Assembly (NCBI GenBank): GCA_030390025.1
Contig: JASTWF010000110.1
Coordinates: 496,001 to 560,000, forward strand
Origin: Squalus acanthias
Lineage: Eukaryota
Direction: 5' to 3'
Length of the DNA: 64,000 nucleotides
How positions within the stretch are numbered: position 1 is the first letter of the stretch; each line of letters opens with the position of its first letter. Positions 35,603-48,770 of the stretch are shown piece after piece. The position numbers and the translations under genes are program-made. Under the pieces are notes generated by a model. The model was not told the origin of the DNA, did no database searches, and was given only the letters and a program-made list of their open reading frames with translations.

Positions 35603-37500
35603 TCATTTCGCTCGGTATCTCCGCCTCACACACAAGTACAGGCAGGTCCCGAGCACAGTGGCAGCGCCAAAGATGACCACACGGAGCAGGGGAGCGGCTG
35701 GTGGGTGTTCGGGGGGTTGTCTGGTGGTCTCCGCTTGCTCTGTGCAGCTCGGGGTAGGATTCTCAGTGCCTGCAACAAGAATGTGATCATTTACAACAAC
35801 CCGATTAGATTCAAAAGGAGACTGTTAATCATTCTTTGTCAATTTGCTGGCAATATTCAATTTGTTTCGAAGCGACAAGTACAGTAACAGTTAAATAATG
35901 ATCCTCTAACAGAAAGAGCACTGAGGGTTAAATGGTTTAAATAATCAGCCTGTGAATTCCTACCTGTCCCGGAATAGACTGCTAACGTAACATTGCCTTT
36001 ACTGGTTGTGTCCCCATCACTGTAAACAGATATCACATACACGCCGCTGTCACTGGGCTGCAGATCCCGCAGCAACAAGGATCCATTCTCTGGGTAGATG
36101 TGGACTCTCCCCCTGTGGGAAGGATTGTCCCGCTGGTAATCTGAACAGGTATAACCGGGTCTGTCAGGGTCTGGAGAGCAGTTTGATCGGGTCAGTATCA
36201 CTAATGGAGTGTCTCCGGGGAATAAAACCCAGTCTATCTTTAAAGTGGAGTAGGGAGTGAGTGTGGAGTAGGAGACGGGGAGAAGGACAAACTGGTTCAC
36301 GGTCCCCTTCACTTCTCTCTGACATCCGATCACAGTAACATTGCTTCCAGAGGCTGCAACAAATTAAAACAATAAATCAGTTTCAGAAAGGACAAAAAAA
36401 AGCTTCGAATTCCTTAGAAAGGGTTTTACTCAGGAGTCTGGTTATAAAGCAGCCCAGGAGTTTGGTGGAATAAATATAAGGACCAGTCAGAGAGCATGAA
36501 ATTATACAATCAGAGATTCATACAGCACAGAAGGAGGCCATTCGGCCCATTGTGCCTGTGCCGGCTCTTTGAATGAGCAATCCAATCAGTCCCACTCCCC
36601 CGCTCTTTCCCAATAGCCCTGCAAATACTTTCCTTTCCAAGTCTATATTCAATTCCCCATTGAAGTTTACTGTTGAATCTGCTTCCACCGCCCTTTCAGA
36701 CAATGTGTTCCAGATCATAATAACAGTATTTGAGACGTTAGTAATTAAATAGTGAGTAATAAATCCAAAAAATAATTCAGGAGAAACATTTTTACCCAGA
36801 GACTGGTGAGAATGTGGAACTCACTGTCACAAGGAGTAGTTGAGGTGAATAGTATAGATGCATTTAAGGGGAAACTAGATAAATACATGAGGGAGAAAAA
36901 AGTAGAAGGATATGTTGTTAGGGTGAGGTGAAGTACATAGATTGTGGGGAGGCTAAGACCAGTTTGGCCAAATGGCATCTTCTGTAATGTAAATTGTATG
37001 TAATTCTATGTCTTAATCATTAAGTAAAGAGTTCATAGAGATCAATTGATCCAATCTGCCAATTTTACACATTTAATAAAACATACACGCGAGAATATCT
37101 GACACATAAATAAAAAAATAATAATTAAAGACTTGTGAGAGATGACTTCATTCATTAATAAGTCCCAGCTACAGTCAGAGGTTCAGGTAACTCACAGTGT
37201 GGGGCAGTAACTGGAGTGCAGATGGTGAGCGGGAATCAACCTGTTCACAGGAGCCCGACTGAATGAGACTGAAGATCTCAGGGAACGAGTTGAGCTTCAT
37301 TCACTTTAGATCAGTGAGCGATTGAACCCCAGCCCCGATTAAAGACAGTCTGCAGAAGTCACACAGAGTCAAGGGGAACTCAGAAATAGAATTACATTTA
37401 TACTGGAAGTGAAAGAAAACAACTTACCGGAGAGGAAAATAAAATAATTGATGAAAGGGAAAATTTTGATGAATTTAAAGAGATTTATTTCCCTGCACAT
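35603..37500 (-). CDS. Single-IgV receptor, copy 8, intact, 209 aa; exons 37500-37428, 36353-35964, 35769-35603
   Basis: Canonical splice sites; exons of 73, 390 and 167 nt; TM APLLRVVIFGAATVLGTCLYLCV, tail RRRYRAK*. Confidence 0.9.
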
Positions 37501-38701
37501 AGTGAGCTCCGGGCCGCCCCGATATCACAGTAACGGGACACCGAGCTGAACTGAATGAAATGGAGGAAGAGTTTCTCATGTGAGGCAGGGTTTGGGTTTG
37601 CAGCGGAAGTGACCAGAACAAAGTGGCAACATTATTTCAAAATAAATTCGAACTAACAAAATATCAAATTATTAACATAGAAATGTAAAAATCACACTTT
37701 AAAAATAATAAATTCGGTCTTTAGTCAACATAGTTCCTTCAAAAACAGCTCAAGTGGGTATGTTTTAGGTATCATTAAAATAACTGGCAGAGTGTGCAGA
37801 CCGACAGAGGCCTGGGCCCGGGTCCATCTCCATCTCCATCTCTCGCCATCTCCATCTATCTCTATCTCCAGCCCCAGCTCCATGAGCCCCGGAGAGATTC
37901 CACCGCCCCAGGCACACTGACCCATTGCTTCCTGAGCAGGGCCCGGGGCGGCTGCTGTCCCATTAACCATTTCACCGCTTTCAATAAGCGGCCTCATCTC
38001 ATTCCGATAATAAAATGAACAGACATTTTTTAGTTTCAATAGTTTATTTTAAGATCTCATGACCCAAGCTTGGTTATTGGGAGAGACCAAAAAGACAGGA
38101 GAGATGCTGAGGGCGGGGATTACATTGGACAGACGCGGCTTTTCATCAGGGTTGATGTCCTTCTGACTTGGGTTTGCAAACAGATTTTTTTTTAAAAAAA
38201 GGTTTCAAATTCTTTCTATATGAAAATAATTGCCCCTTTAACCATGAACAATAAATGCTATTTTTATAATATCTCCGTACATCAAATCTCAATTCTGCAC
38301 AATTACGCCTCAATTAACATCACTAAAAACAATGTAGTCATTTATCTCATTGCTATTCCTGGAATCTTGCTGTGCACAGAATGGCTGCTGCATTTCCTTA
38401 CAGTAACCGGTGACTACACTTTAAAGCACTTTATTGGTTGTGAAAGTCTTCGTGCCGTCCTGAGGTTGTGAAAGGCGTAAATCCGACTTGTTTCTTTACA
38501 CATTTATCCACATCCAGCCATTATTTCTGTCCTCCTCACTTTGTCCGCTGTTTGTGTCTCAATGTTCCTTTGGCAGTGACGGGGCTAAATCTGAATTCAA
38601 TCCTCTCGGGTTTAATTTGTTCAGCACACTCTGCATTAAATGAGAGTTCATTTGTTCTTTCTTTGTTTGAAGTCCACTTGTAGAAAGGGACAAGTAACCG
38701 G

Positions 38702-41048
38702 TTAATAGAAGTAGCTGCAGAGATAGTGGATGCGTTGGTTGTAATCTACCAAAATTCCCTGGATTCTGGAGAAGTCCCAGCGGATTGGAAAACCGCAAAT
38801 GTAACGCTACTATTCAAGAAAGGAGGGAGGCAGAAAGCAGGAAGCTATAGGCCAGTTAGCATAACATCTGTCATTGGGAAAATACTGGAATCCATTATTA
38901 AGGAGGTAATAGCAGGACATTTAGAAAATCATAAGACAATCAAGCAGAGTCAACATGGTTTTATGAAGGGGAAATAGTGTTTGACAAATTTGCTAGAGTT
39001 CTTTGAGGATGTAACAAACAGGGTGGATAAAGGGGAATCAGTAGATGTAGTGTATTTGGATTTCCAGAAGGCATTCGATAAGGTGCCACATAAAAGGTTA
39101 CTGCACAAGATAAGAGCGCACGGGGTTGGGGGTAATATATTGGCATGGATCGGGGATTGGCTAACTAACAGAAAACAGAGAGTCAGGATAAATGGGTCAT
39201 TTTCCGAGTGGCAATCAGTAACTGGTGGGGTGCCACAGGGATCAGTGCTTGGGCCTCAACTATTTACAATCTATATTTTTTTTTTTATTCGTTCATGGGA
39301 TCTGGGTGTCGCTGGCAAGGCCAGCATTTATTGCCCATCCCTAGTTGCCCTTGAGAAGGTGGTGGTGAGCTGCCTTCTTGAACTGCTGCAGTCCGTGTGG
39401 TGAAGGTACTCCCACAGGGCTGTTAGGTAGGGAGTTCCAGGATTTTGACCCAGCGATGATGAAGGATCGGTGATATATTTCTAAGTCAGGATGGTGTGTG
39501 ACTTGGAGGGGAACTTGGAGGTGGTGGTGTTTCCATGTGCCTGCTGCCCTTGTCCTTCTAGGTGGAAGAGTTCCCGGGTTTGGGAGGTGCTGCCGAAGAA
39601 GCCTTGGCGAGTTGTTGCAGTGCATCTTGTAGAGGGTACCCACTGCAGCCACAGTATGCCGGTGGTGGAGGGAGTGAATGTTTAAGGTGGTGGATGGGGT
39701 GTTAATCAAGCTGGCTGCTATGTCCTGGATGGTGTCGAGCTTCTTGAGTGTTGTTGCAGCTGCACTCATCCAGGCAAGTGGAGAGTATTCCATCACACTC
39801 CTTACTTGTGCCTTGTAGATAGTGGAAAGGCTTTCGGGAGTCAGGAGGTGAGACACTCGCCGCAGAATACCTAGCCTCTGACCTGCTCTTGTTGCCACAG
39901 TATTTATGTGGCTGGTCCAGTTAAGTTTCTGGTCAATGGTGACCCCGAGGATGTTGATGGTGGGGGATTCAGCAATGGTAATGCCGTTGAATGTCATGGG
40001 GAGGTGGTTAGACTCTCGCTTGTTGGAGATAGTCATTGCCTGGCACTTCTGTGGCGTGAATGTTACCTGCCACTTATCAGCCCATACTAATGACTTGGAT
40101 GACGGGACCAAGTGTACTGTAGCCAAATTTGCTGATGATATAAAGATAGCTGGGATAGCAAGTTGTGAGGAGGGCACAACGGGTCTGCAAAGGGATAAAG
40201 ATAGGTTAAGTGATTGGGCAAAAGTTTGGCAGATCTAGTATAATGTAGGAAAATGTGAGATTATTCACTTTGGAAGTAAGAATAAAAAAGCAAATTATTA
40301 TTTAAATGAAGTGAGACTACAAAATGCTGCAGTAAAAAGGGATCTGGGGGTCCCAGTACATGAAACAGAAAACGTTAGCATGCAGGTACAGCAGGTAATT
40401 AGGAAGCCTACTGGAATGTTAGACGTTATTGCAAGGGGAATAGAGTATAAAAGTAGGGAAGGTTTGAAGCAACTTTACAGGGTGCTGGTGAAATCACACC
40501 TGGTCTCCATATTTAAGGAAGGATATACTTGCATTGGAGGCAGTGCAGAGAAGGTTCACTCGGTTGATTCCTGGGATGAAGGTGTTGATGTATGACGAAT
40601 AGTTGAGCAGGTTGAGCCTATACTCATTGGAGTTTAGAAGAATGAGAGGTGATCTTATTGAAACATATAAGATTCTGAGGGGGATTGACCGGGTGGATGC
40701 TGAGAGGATGTTTCCCCTAGTGGGGATATCTAGAGCAAGGGGGCATAGTTTCAGAATAAGGGGTCGTCCATTTAAGATGGAGATGAGAAGGAATTTCTTC
40801 TCTCAGAAGGTCGTGAATCTTTGGAATTCTCTACCCCAGAGAGCTGTGGAGGCGGAGTCATTGAATATATTCATGGCGGAGATTGACAGACATTTGAACT
40901 ACAAGGGAGTCAAGGGGTATGGTGAGAGAGCGGGAAAGTGGTATTGAGGCCAAGATTGGATCAGCCATGATCTTATTGAATGGCAGAGCAGGCTCGAGGG
41001 GCCGATTGGCCTATTCCTGCTCCTGTTTCTTATATTCATATGTTCTTA
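38702..41048 (+). mobile_element. CR1 LINE of a different subfamily, longer 5' extent, same insertion site
   Basis: VPADWKTANVTLLFKKGGRQKAGSYRPVSITS, YLDFQKAFDKVPH, KFADDIKI, LEFRRMRGDLIETYKI; tail atgttctt. Confidence 0.92.
39274..40085 (-). mobile_element. Second LINE family (CR1/L2 group) 3' fragment nested in the CR1
   Basis: WADKWQVTF...ILGVTIDQKLNWTSHI...YKAQVRSVMEYSPLAW; A-rich tail; interrupts the host RT between ...LFTIYI and NDLDDG. Confidence 0.88.
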
Positions 41049-42484
41049 TAATCGAAGGTCACTGTCTCAACTAACACTCGGTGTGGTAAATGAGCAGTGA
41101 GTTGCACAAACTGGAGCAACTGATGATCGCGGGTCGGAGGTACGGTAGCATAGTGGTTATGTTACTGGAGGTAGGCCTGGACTAATGATCTGGTGACGTG
41201 AGTTCAAATCCCAACACTGCAGCTGGGGAATTTAAATTCAGTTAATTAAATAATTATAAAGCTGGAATTATGAAAGGTAGTATCAGTAATGATGACGATT
41301 AAACTGTCGGATTGTTGTAAATGCCCATCTGGTTCCTTCAGGGAAGGAAATCTGCCGTCCTTACCCAGTCTGGCCTATATGTGACTCCAGACCCACAGCA
41401 ATGTGGTTGACTCTTAACTGCCCTCTGCGGTTCTAGGAGGCGGGTCACCATCATCTTCTGAATCGCAATTCGGGATGGGCAATAAATGCTGGCCTTACCA
41501 GCGATGCCCACATGATATGGACGAATAACAAATAAAAGGCCCCAAAAAGCCCACTTTACAGAACAGGCCGAGCAAATCACAGTGAAAGACAAAAGGGTCG
41601 GAAGGGCAACTCAGAACCGCAGTGCGCAGAACACAGGGCAGGAATTCACATCGGAGGTATTCCAAGAGGCGCTATCGCCACTGTTACGCTGGGACTGGAG
41701 TTCCAGTTTGTAAATCAAGAAGGGTTTTACCCTGGGGGAGAATTTTCTTGCCAGATTCTCCCGATCTACTGCACTAACTTCAGGGCAAGATCGGCAGAAA
41801 CCCTGGAGAAACAGTACAAACCATTGCTTGCGCCATTTCTCTGGGGTTTGTGTCAAAGTTATTGGAGTGGATAGGGAGAATCCCCATGGAAATTCAAGTC
41901 ACCTGTCCTTTCACTTTACAGATTTTACTGTTTATTACCAGCATTTCTGTTCCTATAATGGATGAGAATAGATAATGCTAAATGGAGCGACAAAATACAG
42001 TAGATTCCATAGGCTGGTCATCTGGTCATTGAGGCAACCGCCCGAGATATCTGCTCTCCTCTAATTCCGGTCTCTTGAGCATCCCAGATTCTAATCGCTC
42101 CACCATTGGTGGCCGTGCCTTCAGCTGCCAAGGCTCCAAGCTCAGGAATTCCCTCCCTAAACCTCTCCACCTCACCACCTCTCTCTCTCTCCATCTTTAA
42201 GTCGCTCCTTAAAACCTACCTCTTTGACCAAGCTTTCGGTCATCAGCCCTAATATCTCCTGATGTGGCTCGGTGTCAAATTTGTTTTATAAAACTCCAGT
42301 AAAGCACCATGGGACATTTAACTATGTTAAAAGCGCTGTATAAACACAAGTTATTGTTGTTGTTGTTGAAACATTGTAAGGAAGTTATTGCCGGTCCAGC
42401 AGGACTCCCGATTGATTGAATTCTCTAACCGTTGCCCACCCCTGGACATCGCGATCTCTGGTTGTAGGTGGAGTTCTCCCGCTG

Positions 42485-42648
42485 TCATTTCGCTCGGTAT
42501 CTCCGCCTCACACACAAGTACAGGCAGGTCCCGAGCACAGTGACAGCGCCAAAGATGACCACACAGAGCAGGAGAGCGGGTGGGTGGTCGGGGAGTTGTC
42601 TGGTGGTCTCCGCTCGCTCTGTGCAGCTCGGGGTAGGATTCTCAGTGT
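42485..42648 (-). pseudogene. Orphan stalk/TM exon (copy 9); acceptor, V exon and leader lost at an inversion breakpoint; TM Arg>Cys
   Basis: 164-nt exon-3 homologue. Its 5' edge joins directly to plus-strand intron-1 sequence (gtgtaaaattgg). CGT>TGT at the TM Arg codon. Confidence 0.85.
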
Positions 42649-43233
42649 AAAATTGGTGGATTGGATCAATTGATTTCTACCAAGTCATTATTTAATGATT
42701 ATAACATAGAATTACATAGAATTTACAGCACAGAATAGGCCATTTGGCCAAACTGGTCTAAGCCGGGGTTTATGCTCCTCACGACCCTGTCCACAATCTA
42801 TTTACTTCACCTCACCCTAACAACATATCCTTCTATTCCTTTCTCCCTCATGTACTTAACTAGTTTCCCCTAAAATGCATCTATACTATTCACCTCAACT
42901 ACTCCTTGTGGTAGCTCGTTCCACATTCTCACCACTCTCTGGGTAAAAATGTTTCTCCTGGATTCTTTTTTTGGATTTATTAGTGACTATTTCATTACTA
43001 GCATCTCAAATGCTGTTATTATGGTCTGGAATGCACTGCCTGAAAGAGTGGTGGAAGCAGTTTCAACAGAAAGCTTCAAAGGGGAATTGAATAAATACTT
43101 CAAACGGAAAGATTTGCAGGGCTATTGGTAAAGAGCGGGGGAGTGGGACTTATAGGGTTGATCTTTCAAAGGGCTAGTACACACACGATGGGCCGAATGG
43201 TTTCCTTCTGTGCTGTATGAATCTCTGATTGTA

Positions 43234-44226
43234 TGAACATACATACGAACATACGAATTAGGAGCCGGAGTAGGCCACTCGGCCCTTCGAGCCTGCTCCG
43301 CCATTCAATAAGATCATGGCTGATCCAATTACTCCACATTCCCGCCTACTCCTGATAACTTTTCACCCTCTTGCTTACCAAGAATCTATCTACCTCTGCT
43401 TTAAAAATATTCAAAGACTCTGCTTTCACCGCCCTCTGAGGAAGAGAGTTCCAAAGACTCACGACCCTCTGTGAGAAAATATTTCTCCTCATCTCTATCT
43501 TAAATGGGCGACCTCTTATTTTTAAACAGTGACCCCTAGTTCTAGATTCTCCCACAAGAAGAAACATCCTCTCCACATCCACCCTGTCCAGACCCCTCAG
43601 GATCTTATATGTTTCAATCAAGTCACCTCTTACTCTTCTAAACTCCAGCGGATACAAGCCTAGCCTGTCCAACCTTTCCTCATAAGACAACCCGCCTATT
43701 CCAGGTATTAGGCTAGTAAACCTTCTCTGAACTGCTTCCAACGCATTTACATCCTTCCTTAAATAAGGAGACCAATACTGTACACAGTACTCCAGATGTG
43801 GTCTCACCAATGCCCTGTATAACTGAAGCATAAACTCCCTACTTTGTTATTCAATTCCCCTCGCAATAAACGATAACATTCTATTAGCTTTCCTAATTAC
43901 TTGCTGTACCTGCATACTAACCTTTTGTGATTCATGCACTAGGACACCCAGATCCCTCTGCATCTCAGAGCTCTGCAATCTCTCACCATTTAGATAATAT
44001 GCTTCTTTTTTATTCTTCCTGCCAAAATGGACAACTTCACATTTTCCCCACATTATACTCCATTTGCCAATTTTTTGCCCATTCACTTAACCTATCCATA
44101 TCCCTTTGTAGCCTCCTTATGTCCTCTTCACAATTTACTTTCCTACCTATCTTTGTGGCATCAGCAAATTTAGCAACCATACCTTCGGTCCCTTCATCCA
44201 AGTAATTTATATAAATTGTAAAAAGT
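43234..44226 (-). mobile_element. CR1 LINE 3' fragment in intron 1 of copy 10
   Basis: LYRALVRPHLEYCVQYW...LEFRRVRGDLIETYKI; tail (cgtatgt)-type repeat. Confidence 0.9.
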
Positions 44227-44426
44227 TCATTGTATAAATTAATGCTGTCTGACTGGTCGTTATATTTATTCTATCAAATGTTTTCTTTGTTGATGCTGCA
44301 GGTATTTCGTGATTTCAAACTCCTGGGCTGCTTTATAAACAGACTCCTGAGTAAAACCCTTTCTGAGGAAATCTAAGCTTTTTTTTGTCCTTTCTGAAGC
44401 TGATTTATTGTTTTATTTTGTTGCAG

Positions 44427-45172
44427 CCTCTGGAAGCCGTGTTACTGTGAGTGTCGGTCAGAGAGAAGTGAAGGGGACCGTGAACCAGTCTGTCCTTCTC
44501 CCCGTCTCCTACTCCACACCCACTCCCTACTCCACTTTAAGGATAGAGTGGGGTTTAATCCCCACAGACACTCCATTAGTGACACTGACCCGATCAAACT
44601 GCTCTCCAGACCCTGACAGACCCGGTTATAACTGTTCGGATTACCGGGGGTTCGCTCCTTCCCACACGGGGAGAGTCCACATCTACCCAGAGAATGGATC
44701 CTTGTTGCTGCGGGATCTGGAGCCCAGTGACAGCGGCGTGTATGTGATATCTGCTTACAGTGCTGGGGCACAACCAGTAAAGGCAATGTGACGTTAACAG
44801 TCTATCCCGGGACAGGTAGGAATTCACAGGCTGATTATTTAAACCATTTAACCCTCAGTGCTCTTTCTGTTAGAGGAACATTATTTAACTGTTACTGTAC
44901 TTGTCGCTTCGAAACAAGCTGAATATTGCAAATTGATAAAGAATGATTAACAGTCTCCTTTTGAATCTAATCGGGCTGATGTAAATGATCAGATTCTTGT
45001 TGCAGGCACTGAGAATCCTACCCCGAGCTGCACAGAGCAAGCGGAGACCACCAGACAACCCCCCGACCACCACCCACCCGCTCTCCTGCTCCGCGTGGTC
45101 CTCTTTGGCGCTGTCAGTGTGCTCGGGGCCTGCCTGTACTTGGGTGTGAGGCGGAGATACCGAGCGAAATGA
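44427..45172 (+). pseudogene. IgV receptor copy 10 (pseudogene inside an inverted segment): V exon 44427-44815, TM exon 45006-45172
   Basis: V exon 389 nt (-1 at ~44769, GCTGGGGCACAA). No in-orientation leader upstream because intron 1 is truncated at ~42645. Confidence 0.86.
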
Positions 45173-46450
45173 CAGCGGGAGAACTCCACCTACACCCGGA
45201 GATCGCGATGTCCAGGGTGGGCAACGGTTGGAGAATTCAATCAATCGGAATTCCTGCTGGACCGGCAATAACTTCCTTACAATGTTTCAACAACAACAAC
45301 AACTTGTGTTTATATAGCGCTTTTAATGTAGTTAAACGTCCCAAGGCGCTTCACAGAAGAGTTATAAAACAAAATTTGACTCCGAGCCACATAAGGAGAT
45401 AAAAGCTTGGTCAAAGAGGTAGGGTTTTACGGAGCGATTTAAAGATGGAGAGAGAGGTAGAGAGGCAGAGAGGTTTAGGGAGGGAATTCCTGAGCTTGGG
45501 GCTTTGGTAGCTGAAGGCACGGCCACCAATGGTGGACTGATTAGAATCTGGGATGCTCAGGAGACCGGAATTAGAGGAATGCAGATATCTCGGGCGGTTG
45601 CCTCAATGACCAGATGACCAGCCGATGGAATCTACTGTATGTTGGCCCTCCCTTTTGTATTATCTATTCTCACCCATTTTAGGAACAGAAAATGCTGGTA
45701 ATAAACAGTTCGTATCTGTAAAGGCAAAGGACAGGTAACTGGAATTCCCATGGGGATTCCCCCAATCCACTCCCATAACTTTGACACAATCCCAGAGAAA
45801 TGGCGTAAGCAATGTTTTGTGCTGTTTCTCCAGGGTTTCTGCCGATCTTGCCCCGAAGTTACGGCAGTAGATCGGGAGAATCTGGCAGGAAAATTCTCCC
45901 CCCAGGGTAACCTTTTGAGTAAAACCCTTCTTGATTTACAAACTGGAACTCCAGTCCCAGCATAACTGTGACGATAGCGCCTCTTGGAATATTTCCGATG
46001 TGAATTCCTTCCCTATGTTCTGCGCACTGCGGTTGTGAGTTGCCCCATCTGACCCTTTCATTATGATTTGCCCGGCCTGAAGTGGGCTTTTTGGGGTATT
46101 TTTTTTGTTATTCCTCCATAGGATGTGGGCATCGTTGGTAAGGCCAGCATTTATTGCCCATCCTGAATTGCCATTCAGAAGATGATGGTGAGCTGCCTCC
46201 TTGAACTGCAGAGGGCAGTTAAGAGTCAACCACATTGCTGTGGGTCTGGAGTCACATATAGGCCAGACTGGGTAAGAATGGCAGATTTCCTTCCCTGAAG
46301 GAACCAGAGGGGTTTTTACAATAATCCGACAGCTTAATGGTCATCATTACTGATACTACCTTTTATAATTCCAGCTTTATAATTATTTAATTAACTGAAT
46401 TTAAATTCCCCAGCTGCCGTGGTGGGATTTGAACTCATGTCTCCAGATCT

Positions 46451-47216
46451 AGGCCCTGTATAACTGTAGTACGACATCCTTGCTCCTGTACTCAAATACT
46501 CTTGCAATGAAGGCCAACATACCATTTGCCTTCCTAACTGTTTGCTGCACCTGCATGTTTGCTTTCAGTGACTGGTGTACAAGGACATCCAGGTCCCTCT
46601 GTACATCAACATTTCCCAATCTATCACCATTTAAATAATACTCTGCCTTTCTGTTTTTCCTACCGAAGTGGATAACTTCATATTTATCCACATTATACTG
46701 CATCTGCCATGTATTTGCCCACTCACTCAACTTGTCTAAATTGCCTTGAAGCCTCTTTGCATCCTCTTCACAACTCACAATCCCACCTAGTTTCGTGTCA
46801 TCAGCAAACTTGGAAATATTACATTTGATTCCCTCATCCAAATCATTGATATATATTGTAAATACATGGGACCCAAGCACTGATCCCTGCGGTACCCCAC
46901 TAGCCACCGCCTGCCACCCCAAAAAAGACCCATTTATTCCTACTCTCTGTTTCCTGTCTGTTAACCAATTTTCAATCCATGCCAGTATATTACCCCCAAT
47001 CCCATGTGCTTCAATTTTGCACACTAACCTCTTATGTGGGACTTTATCCAAGGCCTTTTGAAAATCCAAATACACCACTTCCACTGGTTCTCCCTTATCT
47101 ATTCTACCAGTTACATCCTCAAAAAACTCCATTCGGTTTGTCAAACACGATTTCCCTTTCATAAATCCATGTTGACTTTGTCTAATCCCGTTGATATTTA
47201 CCAAGTGATATTTTAT
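46451..47216 (-). mobile_element. CR1 LINE, third paralogous copy of the 22.4/32.8-kb insertion, 3' part deleted
   Basis: Same 5' junction; the 276-aa ORF contains YLDFQKALDKVPH, GVPQGSVLG, KFADDTKL. Confidence 0.9.
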
Positions 47217-48770
47217 AGCGGTTACTTGTCCCTGTCTACAAGTCGACTTTAAATACAGAAAGAACAAATGAACTCTCATTTAATGCCGAGTGTGCTGAAC
47301 AAATTAAACCCGAGAGGATTGAATTCAGATTGAGTCCCGTCACTGCCATAGGAACATTGAGACACAAACAGCGGGCAAAGTGAGGAGGACAGAAATAATG
47401 GCTGGCTGTGGATAAATGTGTAAAGAAACAATTCGGATTTACACCTTTCACAACCTCAGGACGGCACGAAGTCTTTCACAGCCAATAAAGTACTTTAAAG
47501 TGTAGTCACCGGTTAGTGTAAGGAAATGCAGCCGCCAATCTGTGCACAGCAAGATTCCAGGAATAGCAATGAGATAAATGACTACATTGTTTTTAGTGAT
47601 GTTAATTGAGGCGTAAATGTGCAGAATTGAGATTTGATGTACGGAGATATTATAAAAATAGCAATTATTGGACATGGGTAAAGGGGCAATTATTTTTATA
47701 TCGAAAGAATTTGAAACCTTAAAAAAAAATCTGTTTGTAAACCCAAGTCAGAAGGACATCAACCTGATGAAAAGCCGCGTCTGTCCAATGTAATCCCCGC
47801 CCTCAGCATCTCTTCTGTCTTTTTGGTCTCTCCCGATAACCAAGCTTGGGGCAGGAGATCTTAAAATAAACTATTGAAATGAATAAAGGGTCTGTTCGAT
47901 GTTATTATCTGAACCAGATGAAATGGTTCATGGGACAACAGCCCTGCTCAGGAAGTAATGGGTCAGTGTGCCCGGGGCGGTGGGATCTCCCCGGGGCACA
48001 TGGAGCGGGGACTGGAGAAATAAATAGATGGAAATAGATGGGGATGGCGAGAGAAGGAGATGGCGATGGACCCGGGCCCAGGCCTCTGTCGGTCTGCACA
48101 CTCTGCCAGTTATTTTACTGATATCTCAAACATACCCACTCGAACTTTTTTTGAAGAAACTACAGTGAGTAAAGGCAAAATTCATCATTTTAAATGTATG
48201 ATTTTTACATTTCTATGTTAATGATCTGATTTTGGGCTTTTTTCGATTTGATTTTGAAATGATTTCGCCACTTTGTTCTGGTCACTTCCACTGCAAACTC
48301 AAACCCTGCCTCACATGAGAAACTCTTCCTCCAGTTCATTCAGTCCTGCTCGGTGTCCCGTTACTGTGATATCATACACACGTGTAAAACATACACACGC
48401 GAATATCTGACACATTAATAAATAATAATTAAAGACTTGTGAGAGATCAATGAATTGATTAATAAGTCCCAGCTACAGTTAGAGGTTCAGGTAACTCACA
48501 GTGTAAGTCCCAGCTACAGTTAGAGGTTCAGGTAACTCACAGTGTGGGACAGTAACTGGAGGGCAGATGGTGAGCGGGAATCTACCTGTTCACAGGAGCC
48601 CGACTGAATGAGACTGAAGATCTCAGGGAATGAGCTGAGCTTCATTCACTTTAGATCAGTGAGCGATTGAACTCCAGCCCCGATTAAACAGTCAGCAGAA
48701 GTCACACAGAGTCAGGGGGAACTCAGAAACAGAGTAACATTTATGCTAGAAGTGAAAGAAAAAATCTTAC

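Noticed and set aside
46449-47279. 276-aa RT ORF as an active or domesticated reverse transcriptase
   Set aside because: 5'-truncated, 3'-deleted CR1 copy; paralogous copies carry stops and frameshifts.
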